Virus record (IMG/VR): IMGVR_UViG_2547132488_000010
Coordinates: 1 to 7,545 of that record
DNA length: 7,545 nucleotides
Source of the DNA: a virus
Taxonomy: Duplodnaviria; Heunggongvirae; Uroviricota; Caudoviricetes
Strand: one strand, 5' to 3'
The translations under genes were made by a program, and so were the position numbers. The notes under the pieces were generated by a model. It ran no database searches, was not told the DNA's origin, and saw nothing but the letters and a program-made list of their open reading frames with translations. Positions 1 through 6,375 of this stretch are shown here, in pieces (position 1 is the stretch's first letter; every line of letters starts with the position of its first letter).

Positions 1-18
1 ATCACGTACACGAATTAA
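1..18 (+). CDS. 3' end of upstream gene, probably a U-like tail terminator protein (partial, only the last 5 codons plus stop)
   Basis: Frame reads ...I-T-Y-T-N then TAA at 16-18, directly upstream of V as in lambda gene order. Resemblance to the lambda gpU C-terminus is from memory; far too short to be sure. Confidence 0.3.
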   Translation: MTYTN

Positions 19-23
19 GGAGG
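17..23 (+). promoter_or_regulatory. Shine-Dalgarno for the major tail protein gene
   Basis: AAGGAGG at 17-23, 5 nt upstream of ATG at 29. Confidence 0.6.
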
Positions 24-28
24 TGGTA

Positions 29-799
29 ATGACCACACCAAATCCACTGGCAAAGACGAAAGGTGCGGGGACAACGTTCTGGATGTATACCGGCAACGGC
101 GATGCGTTTGCGAACCCTTTGTCGGACACTGCCTGGCTGCGTCTTGCGATGGTGAAGGATCTGCAACCTGGCGAAATGACCGCTGATGCAGAAGATGACA
201 CGTATCTTGATGATGAGAATGCGGACTGGAAGAGCACATCTCAGGGCCAGAAAACCGCTGGCGATACGTCTGCCACACTGGCATGGCGTCCGGGCGACAG
301 CGGACAGAAAAAACTGGTTGAGTTGTTTTATTCCGGCGAGGTTTGTGCGTTTCGCATTCTGTACCCCAACGGCACAGTTGATGTTTTTCGTGGCTGGTTG
401 AGTTCGCTGGGCAAGGCGGTGACGTCAACGGAAGTGATGACCCGGACCATCAAAATCACTGGGATTGGGCGTCCGTACCTGGCGGAAGAGTGTCAGGAGG
501 TGGTCAGCGTCACCGGTGTGACGGTGACACCGACGGCGGTGACACTGCACCCTGGTGAAACGTCCGTACTGACGTTTGCGCTTGTACCGGAAAACGCCTC
601 GGATAAAACGCTCACGGTGTTTTCCACGGATCCGCAGACAGCAACGGTAAGCCTGAGCGGCCTTGTGGCTACGGTATCTGCCCGCCAGGAAGGTGTGGTC
701 AATATTGTGGGTATGAGCGGTAATGGCAGTACGGGGCAGGTGGTCACGGTGACCGTGGCCCCTGCTGAGGAGAAGAGTACCGGACGCGCCCGGGGATAA
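29..799 (+). CDS. V: Major tail tube protein (lambda gpV family) with C-terminal Ig-like (Big_2-type) domain
   Basis: ORF track 23..799 begins at GTG 23, but ATG at 29 sits 5 nt after a strong AAGGAGG, so 29 is the likelier start. The translation (PLAKTKGAGTTFWMYTGNGDAFANPLSD ... NGTVDVFRGWLSSLGKAVT) aligns along its length with lambda gpV as I recall it. C-terminal part is Thr/Val-rich (VTVTPTAVTLHPGETSVLTFALVP...). Stop TAA 797-799. Confidence 0.92.
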   Translation: MTTPNPLAKTKGAGTTFWMYTGNGDAFANPLSDTAWLRLAMVKDLQPGEMTADAEDDTYLDDENADWKSTSQGQKTAGDTSATLAWRPGDSGQKKLVELFYSGEVCAFRILYPNGTVDVFRGWLSSLGKAVTSTEVMTRTIKITGIGRPYLAEECQEVVSVTGVTVTPTAVTLHPGETSVLTFALVPENASDKTLTVFSTDPQTATVSLSGLVATVSARQEGVVNIVGMSGNGSTGQVVTVTVAPAEEKSTGRARG

Positions 800-820
800 C
801 AGGGCCATATTTATCATCAG

Positions 821-842
821 CCCCGGTTCGCCGGGTTTTTTT
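821..842 (+). terminator. Putative rho-independent terminator or attenuator downstream of V
   Basis: Stem CCCGG (822-826), TTCG loop (827-830), stem CCGGG (831-835), then seven T (836-842). Stem is only 5 bp, so likely partial. Confidence 0.5.
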
Positions 843-859
843 ATTCGGGGAGAAGAGAG

Positions 860-1249
860 ATGTTTCTGAAACAGGATACGTTTAATTACGGCAATCAGTC
901 GGTGGTACTGAATGAACTGTCTGGTCTGCAGCGTGTGGAATACCTGGCTTATGCCCGTGAACGCGCGGCGCAGTTTGATGAGGCTTCTGCAGGAATGGAA
1001 GAAGGGGCCCGCCAGATTGCTTTTATGGAAATGGGGATGGACATCAACGCTTGGCTGGTTTCCCGTTCGTTGTGGAATGCCGACCAGTCTCAGAATGTGG
1101 CGGCGCTTTTTTCCTCCGTGCGCGTGACATGGTCCTGGGATGCGCTGGGGGTGGCGGCGGAAAGCATTCTGGCGCTGAGCGGTATGGCACTGACAGTGGC
1201 GACAGAGGGGGATGATGTGAAGGAGGTGCTGACGCCGGAAAAGTCCTGA
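860..1249 (+). CDS. G: Tail assembly chaperone G (lambda gpG family)
   Basis: 129 aa ORF starting MFLKQDTFNYGNQSVVLNELSGLQRVEYLA, similar to the lambda gpG N-terminus (MFLK...LSELSALQRIEHLA). GGAG 8 nt upstream of the ATG. Position between V and the tape measure is as expected. Stop TGA 1247-1249. Confidence 0.9.
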   Translation: MFLKQDTFNYGNQSVVLNELSGLQRVEYLAYARERAAQFDEASAGMEEGARQIAFMEMGMDINAWLVSRSLWNADQSQNVAALFSSVRVTWSWDALGVAAESILALSGMALTVATEGDDVKEVLTPEKS

Positions 1250-1572
1250 CGCAGGAAATGCAGTTTGTCATGCGGCTGGCCCGGGAGTTCCGGCGGGGCG
1301 ACTGGCGGCGAATGCTGTCAGAAATGTCAGCCACAGAACTGGGAGAGTGGGGGGATTATTTCCGGCGGCAGAGTTTCAGTGATGTGTGGCTGGATGCGCA
1401 ATTTGCCACACTGAAAACGCTGATTGTGCAGATGGTTTCCGGAAAAACCGTAGCGGCGGATATGTTCAGCCTGTTGCCCTCAGAGACAGAAGCGCTCGTC
1501 CGGACAGATGAAGAACTGATGTTTCTGGGGGAAGGTATCGCGGGAGGAATAAGAATTGAGCCAGATAGCTGA
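860..1572 (+). CDS. GT: Tail assembly chaperone G-T fusion made by programmed -1 ribosomal frameshift near the 3' end of G (T-specific part about 1216/1240 to 1572)
   Basis: The -1 frame relative to G is open from 1216 (after TGA 1213-1215) through stop TGA 1570-1572 and encodes 1258..1572 in the track (MQFVMRLAREFRRGDWRR...). This matches the conserved G/GT arrangement of long-tailed phages. The exact shift position is not determined. Confidence 0.7.
1237..1243 (+). promoter_or_regulatory. Candidate -1 frameshift (slippery) site for G-T
   Basis: In the G frame: CCG GAA AAG TCC TGA. GGAAAAG at 1237-1243 lets tRNA-Lys on AAG re-pair with AAA in the -1 frame. It lies 4 nt before the G stop and inside the 1216-1246 overlap of the two frames. 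Not the canonical lambda GGGAAAG. Confidence 0.4.
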
Positions 1573-2440
1573 TCTTGTTATTGATTTAAGTGTTGATGCG
1601 GCTGATTTTAAGGAACAGCTTCCGCGTATCAAAGCACAGCTCAACGGTACCGCCAGCGAAGCGGCGCGTGCGGAGGCGCGGGTCAGGCAGTTTGAAGCGA
1701 GTCAGAAGCAGGCGGCGACCACCGCAGTGAAACAGGCTCAGGCGCTGGCAGGGAATGCGCAGAAGCATGTTTCGCTGGCGGAGAATGTGGAGAAGACCCG
1801 TCAGCGACTTGATGCCCTGAACCGGAAAATGCGCGAGGAGCAGGCGCAGGCGGCGGCACTGGCTGCTGCTCAGGATAAAGCCGCTGCTGCATTTTACCGT
1901 CAGATTGACAGTGTGAAACAGGCGGGGGCCGGACTGCAGGAGCTGCAGCGTATTCAGCAGCAGGTCCGTCAGGCCAGAAACAATGGTGGCATCGCGCAGC
2001 AGGATTATCTGGCGTTAATCTCCGAAGTGACGGCAAAAACCCGCGTGCTGGCTCAGGCTGAAGAATCCGCCGCCCGCCAGAAGACGGCCTTTATCCGGCG
2101 GCTGAAGGAGCAGGTATCCGCTCAGAATCTTTCATCCACGGAGCTGCTCAGGGCAAAAGCCGCGCAGCTGGGTGTCAGTAGTGCGGCTGAGGTGTATATC
2201 AGCAAAATGGAAAAAGCCGGGAAGGTCACGCATTCGCTGGGGCTGAAAAGTGCGGCGGCCCGCCAGGAGATGGGTGTTCTGATAGGTGAAATTGCCCGGG
2301 GTAATTTCGGTGCGCTTCGTGGCTCCGGGATCACCCTGGCTAACCGTGCCGGCTGGATTGATAAATTAATGACTCCGAAAGGCCTGGCGGTGGGGGGGGG
2401 TTATCGGAGGGATCACTGCTGCGGTTATTGGTCTGGGTAA
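1556..2440 (+). CDS. H: Tail tape measure protein, N-terminal segment (first of two ORFs of a frame-disrupted H-like gene)
   Basis: Begins MSQIADLVIDLSVDAADFKEQ, resembling the lambda gpH N-terminus (MAEPVGDLVVDLSLDAARFDEQ). Apparent TTG start at 1556 with GGAGG 8 nt upstream; the frame only opens at 1553. Overlaps the T stop. A/Q/R-rich predicted coiled coil. Frame ends at TAA 2438-2440, just after the G9 tract. Confidence 0.85.
   Translation: MSQIADLVIDLSVDAADFKEQLPRIKAQLNGTASEAARAEARVRQFEASQKQAATTAVKQAQALAGNAQKHVSLAENVEKTRQRLDALNRKMREEQAQAAALAAAQDKAAAAFYRQIDSVKQAGAGLQELQRIQQQVRQARNNGGIAQQDYLALISEVTAKTRVLAQAEESAARQKTAFIRRLKEQVSAQNLSSTELLRAKAAQLGVSSAAEVYISKMEKAGKVTHSLGLKSAAARQEMGVLIGEIARGNFGALRGSGITLANRAGWIDKLMTPKGLAVGGGYRRDHCCGYWSG
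2392..2400 (+). repeat. Homopolymeric G9 tract at the junction of the two tape-measure ORFs
   Basis: tGGGGGGGGGtt read directly from the sequence. Upstream ORF is in frame 2, downstream ORF in frame 0; the downstream frame is open from 2373. Confidence 0.95.
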
Positions 2441-2447
2441 AGCCTGG

Positions 2448-4589
2448 ATGGAGGGGCGGGAAGAAGGCGAAGCCTTTAACCGGCAGCTTGAGCTCACCGG
2501 ACACTATGCCGGTGTGACAGTCGGGCAGTTGTGGGCGCTCAGTAAAAATCTTTCCGGTAATGGCATCACGCAACATGCCATGGCGGGGTCACTGGCGCAG
2601 GTAGTGGGGAGCGGTGCATTTCACGGTAACGATATTGGTATGGTGGCGAAAGCTGCCGCACAGATGGAACGCTCGGTAGGGCAGTCTGTCAGTGACACCA
2701 TCAGTCAGTTTAAACGGCTGAAGGATGATCCGGTCAGTGCTGCGAAGGCGCTGGATGATGAACTGCATTTTCTGACAGCCACCCAGCTTGAACAGATCCG
2801 TGTGCTCGGAGAGCAGGGGCGCACCAGTGACGCCGCCCGGATAGCCATGTCTGCACTGGCAGAGGAAACCGGTAAACGTACGTCGGATATTGATAATAAC
2901 CTCAATGCGCTGGGCAGTACGCTGCAAACCTTGTCTGACTGGTGGAAGCAGTTCTGGGATGCGGCCATGAACATTGGTCGGGAAGATTCCCTTGATGCGC
3001 AGATTGCGTCGCTGCAGGAAAAAATTCAGCGGGCGAAGAAATTTCCGTGGACTAAGGCGTCCACCACGGTGGAATACGATCAGCAACAACTGGATGCGCT
3101 GCAAGAGCGAAAGCGCCAGCAGGATTTGCAGGATGCAAAAGAGCAGGCTGAGCGAAATTATCAGGAGCAGCAGAAACGCCGGAATGCTGAAAATGCCGCG
3201 CTGAACCGGATGAACGAAACGGAAGCAGCACGACATCAGCGTGAAATTGCGCGTATTAATGCCATGCAGTACGCCGATCAGGCGGTCAGGGACGCAGCGA
3301 TACAGCGTGAAAATGAACGTTACGAAAAAGCCATTAAGAAAAAAACATCTGAAAACCGCAATGATGAAGCTACCCGGTTGCTGTTGCAGTACAGTCAGCA
3401 GCAGGCGCAGGTGGAGGGGCAGATCGCCGCCGCCAGACAGTCCGCGGGACTGACCACGGAAAAAATGACGGAAGCGCATAAGCAGCTTCTGGCCCTGCAG
3501 CAGCGTATCAGTGATTTAGCCGGTAAAAAGCTGACGGCAGATGAAAAAAGCGTGCTGGCGCATAAGGATGAACTGATTCAGGCGCTGACGCTGCTGGATG
3601 CAAAACAGCAGGAGCTGCAGAAGCAGACGGCGCTGAATGACCTTAAGAAAAAATCTATTCAGCTTGCCAGCCAGCTGGCGGAAGAGGAACGGACTCTGCG
3701 TCAGCAACATGACCTGGATATCGCCACGACAGGGATGGGGGATAAACAGCGTCAGCGATACCAGGCGCAGTTCAGTCTGCAACAAAAATACCAGCAGCAA
3801 CTGGAACAGCTGGAGCGTGACAGTAAGCAGAAAGGAACATACGGCACAGATGAATACCGGAATGCTGAGCAGATGCTGACAGACAGTCTTAACCGGCAAC
3901 TGAACGAAAACAGACGTTACTGGCAGGAGCAGGAACTGATGCAGGCAGACTGGAAAAACGGTGCCATGCGGGCGTTTCAGAATTTTACAGAGAGTGCGGA
4001 TAACGCGGCAGGTACCGCTGAGCAGATGTTTACAGCGGCATTTAACAGCGCAGGTAATGCACTGGCGACGTTCTGTACCACCGGAAAACTGAACTTCAAA
4101 TCCTTTACCGCCTCGCTCCTTTCTGATCTAGCAAAAATCATGTCGCAGATGGCCATGATGCAGGCAGTTAAGGGGATTGGTTCGGCGTTTGGCTGGGGGA
4201 GTGCAGCAGCTGCCAGCGTGACGCCAAATGCGGATGGCGGTGTTTATCAGTCTGCTGATTTGAGTCGCTACAGTGGCACGGTGGTTAACCGTCCGACGTT
4301 TTTTGCTTTTGCAAAAGGCGCGGGTGTGATGGGAGAAGCGGGGCCTGAAGCCATTCTGCCACTGCGTCGTGGTGCTGATGGCAAGCTGGGAGTTGTGGCG
4401 GATATTGGTGGTTCAGGTATGGTGATGTTTGCCCCGCAGTACAACATCGAGATCAATAACGATGGTACGAACGGGCAGATAGGTCCGGCTGCCCTGAAGG
4501 TGGTTTATGACCTCGGGAAAAAAGCAGCAGCGGACTTTATGCAACAGCAGTCCCGTGATGGTGGTCAGTTAAGCGGAGCGTATCGGTAA
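2448..4589 (+). CDS. H: Tail tape measure protein, C-terminal segment (second ORF of the frame-disrupted H-like gene)
   Basis: 713 aa from the first ATG, but the frame is open from 2373 and encodes a Gly-rich hydrophobic stretch (VIGGITAAVIGLGKAW) before that ATG. Q/E/R-rich coiled-coil core. C-terminus ...INNDGTNGQIGPAALKVVYDLGKKAAADFMQQQSRDGGQLSGAYR matches the lambda gpH C-terminus (...INNDGTNGQIGPAALKAVYDMARKGARDE...RDGGLFSGGGR) as I recall it. Stop TAA 4587-4589. Confidence 0.88.
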   Translation: MEGREEGEAFNRQLELTGHYAGVTVGQLWALSKNLSGNGITQHAMAGSLAQVVGSGAFHGNDIGMVAKAAAQMERSVGQSVSDTISQFKRLKDDPVSAAKALDDELHFLTATQLEQIRVLGEQGRTSDAARIAMSALAEETGKRTSDIDNNLNALGSTLQTLSDWWKQFWDAAMNIGREDSLDAQIASLQEKIQRAKKFPWTKASTTVEYDQQQLDALQERKRQQDLQDAKEQAERNYQEQQKRRNAENAALNRMNETEAARHQREIARINAMQYADQAVRDAAIQRENERYEKAIKKKTSENRNDEATRLLLQYSQQQAQVEGQIAAARQSAGLTTEKMTEAHKQLLALQQRISDLAGKKLTADEKSVLAHKDELIQALTLLDAKQQELQKQTALNDLKKKSIQLASQLAEEERTLRQQHDLDIATTGMGDKQRQRYQAQFSLQQKYQQQLEQLERDSKQKGTYGTDEYRNAEQMLTDSLNRQLNENRRYWQEQELMQADWKNGAMRAFQNFTESADNAAGTAEQMFTAAFNSAGNALATFCTTGKLNFKSFTASLLSDLAKIMSQMAMMQAVKGIGSAFGWGSAAAASVTPNADGGVYQSADLSRYSGTVVNRPTFFAFAKGAGVMGEAGPEAILPLRRGADGKLGVVADIGGSGMVMFAPQYNIEINNDGTNGQIGPAALKVVYDLGKKAAADFMQQQSRDGGQLSGAYR

Positions 4590-4918
4590 TGGAAACTTTT
4601 CACTGGAAAATTCGCCCTGATATGACTGTGGCATCGGAGCCGAAGGTGGTGACAGTGAAGCTGGGCGATGGTTATGAACAGCGTCGTGCGGCGGGACTGA
4701 ATAACCAGTTGTCGACTTACAGCGTGACGATACGTGTTCGTAAATGTGAACACCCATCTTTAAAAGCCTTTCTGGAACGGCACGGTGGCGTCCGCGCATT
4801 TCAGTGGACGCCACCTTATGACTGGAAGCCGATCAGGGTGGTTTGTCGTAAATGGTCGGCAAGCGTGGGGGCGTTGTGGGTAACCATAACGGCAGATTTT
4901 GAACAGGTCGTGGCATAG
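4589..4918 (+). CDS. M: Minor tail protein M (lambda gpM family)
   Basis: METFHWKIRPDMTVASEPKVVTVKLGDGYEQRRAAGLNNQLSTYSVT..., similar to lambda gpM (MKTFRWKVKPGMDVASVPSVRKVRFGDGYSQRAPAGLNANLKTYSVT...). ATG overlaps the H stop (TAATG), consistent with translational coupling. Confidence 0.92.
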   Translation: METFHWKIRPDMTVASEPKVVTVKLGDGYEQRRAAGLNNQLSTYSVTIRVRKCEHPSLKAFLERHGGVRAFQWTPPYDWKPIRVVCRKWSASVGALWVTITADFEQVVA

Positions 4919-4927
4919 GAGGCTCTG

Positions 4928-5626
4928 ATGCAGGATATTCCACAGGAAACACATCATGAGACGACACGCTTCACTCAGTCAGCCCAGGTGGTGCTCTGGG
5001 AAATCGACCTGACAGAGGTCGGTGGTGAACGTTATTTTTTCTGTAATGAGCAGAACGAAAAAGGTGAGCCGGCCACCTGGCAGGGGCGACAGTATCAGGC
5101 GTATCCCATTCAGGGGAGCGGTTTTGAACTGAACGGCAAGGGCAGTGCTGCCCGTCCGACACTGACGGTCTCTAACCTGTACGGCATGGTCACCGGGATG
5201 GCGGAAGATCTGCAGAGTCTGGTCGGCGGAACGGTGGTCCGGCGTAAGGTTTACGCCCGTTTTCTGGATGCGGTGAACTTCGTCAACGGAAACAGCGAAG
5301 CCGATCCGGAGCAGGAGATTATCAGCCGCTGGCGCATCGAGCAGTGTAGCAATTTAACAGCGGTAAGTGCCTCCTTTGCACTGTCCACGCCGACGGAAAC
5401 GGATGGCGCTGTTTTTCCGGGACGTATCATGCTGGCCAACACCTGCACCTGGACCTATCGCGGTGATGAGTGCGGTTATCACGGTCCGGCGGTCGCGGAT
5501 GAATATGACCAGCCGACGTCCGATATCACGAAGGATAAATGCAGCAAATGCCTGAGTGGCTGTAAGTTTCGCAATAACGTCGGCAACTTTGGCGGCTTCC
5601 TTTCCATTAACAAACTTTCGCAGTAA
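4928..5626 (+). CDS. L: Minor tail protein L (lambda gpL family), C-terminal cysteine cluster
   Basis: 232 aa, same length as lambda gpL. AGGAGG at 4917-4922 overlaps the M stop, 5 nt before the ATG. Cys at residues 173, 182, 205, 208, 212 (NTCTWTYRGDECGY ... DKCSKCLSGC). Confidence 0.92.
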   Translation: MQDIPQETHHETTRFTQSAQVVLWEIDLTEVGGERYFFCNEQNEKGEPATWQGRQYQAYPIQGSGFELNGKGSAARPTLTVSNLYGMVTGMAEDLQSLVGGTVVRRKVYARFLDAVNFVNGNSEADPEQEIISRWRIEQCSNLTAVSASFALSTPTETDGAVFPGRIMLANTCTWTYRGDECGYHGPAVADEYDQPTSDITKDKCSKCLSGCKFRNNVGNFGGFLSINKLSQ

Positions 5627-5631
5627 ATCCC

Positions 5632-6375
5632 ATGACAGAGACAGAATCAGCGATTCTGGCGCACGCCCGGCGATGTGCGCCAGCGGAGTCGTGCGGCTTC
5701 GTGGTGAGAACGCCGGAGGAGGAAAGATATTTTCCCTGCGTGAATATCTCCGGTGAACCGGAGGATTATTTCCGGATGGCTCCGGAGGACTGGCTGCGGG
5801 CCAAAATGCAGGGTGAGATTGTGGCGCTGGTCCACAGTCACCCCGGTGGTCTGCCCTGGCTGAGTGAGGCTGACCGGCGGCTGCAGGTGCAGAGTGATTT
5901 GCCGTGGTGGCTGGTCTGCCGGGGTGAGATTCACAAGTTCCGCTGTGTGTCGCATCTCACCGGGCGTCGCTTTGAGCACGGGGTGACGGACTGTTACACG
6001 CTGTTCCGGGATGCTTACCATCTGGCGGGGATTGAGATGCCGGATTTTCATCGCGGGGATGACTGGTGGCGTAACGGTCAGAATCTCTATCTTGACAATA
6101 TGGAGGCGACGGGTTTTTACCGTGTCGCACTGACAGAGGCGCAGCCGGGCGATGTGCTGCTGTGCTGCTTTGGATCATCGGTGCCGAATCATGCCGCCAT
6201 TTACTGTGGCGGCGGCGAGCTGCTGCACCATATTCCTGAACAACTGAGCAAACGAGAGAGGTACACCGACAAATGGCAGCGACGCACACACTCCCTCTGG
6301 CGTCACCGGGCATGGCACGCATCTGCCTTTACGGGGATTTACAACGATTTGGCCGCCGCATCGATCTGCGTGTGA
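5632..6375 (+). CDS. K: Tail tip assembly protein K (lambda gpK family), MPN/JAMM-like plus NlpC/P60-like domains
   Basis: JAMM-type motif visible as HSHPGGLPWLSEAD (H-x-H-x7-S-x2-D). Downstream Cys and His (VTDCYTLF, NHAAIY, ELLHHIPEQ) fit an NlpC/P60-type Cys-His-His arrangement. C-terminus ...LLHHIPEQLSKRERYTDKWQRRTHSLWRHRAW... matches lambda gpK as recalled. Starts 5 nt after the L stop. Confidence 0.9.
   Translation: MTETESAILAHARRCAPAESCGFVVRTPEEERYFPCVNISGEPEDYFRMAPEDWLRAKMQGEIVALVHSHPGGLPWLSEADRRLQVQSDLPWWLVCRGEIHKFRCVSHLTGRRFEHGVTDCYTLFRDAYHLAGIEMPDFHRGDDWWRNGQNLYLDNMEATGFYRVALTEAQPGDVLLCCFGSSVPNHAAIYCGGGELLHHIPEQLSKRERYTDKWQRRTHSLWRHRAWHASAFTGIYNDLAAASICV

Noticed and set aside
15-817. 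Minus-strand ORFs 15..428, 425..817 and 493..747, and plus-strand 186..401, overlapping V
   Set aside because: All lie inside the well-supported major tail protein gene and have Pro/Arg/His-rich low-complexity translations. They are by-products of a GC-rich coding region.
2974-3453. Plus-strand alternative-frame ORFs 2974..3204 and 3241..3453, highly basic (R/K-rich), inside H
   Set aside because: Out-of-frame reading of the same repeat-rich tape-measure sequence. Composition is typical of frame-shifted coiled-coil DNA and they lack a convincing start context.
2589-3479. 296-aa minus-strand ORF, plus the 2705..2974 and 3516..3899 minus-strand ORFs, inside the tape-measure gene
   Set aside because: Low-complexity Leu/Arg-rich translations with no RBS context. 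They are the antisense shadow of the Q/E/A-rich coiled-coil coding sequence on the + strand (CAG/GAA/GCN repeats read in reverse).
5647-6322. Minus-strand ORFs 5647..6051 and 5957..6322 inside K
   Set aside because: Antisense to K, which carries clear catalytic motifs. Translations are Pro/Arg-rich with no recognisable features.
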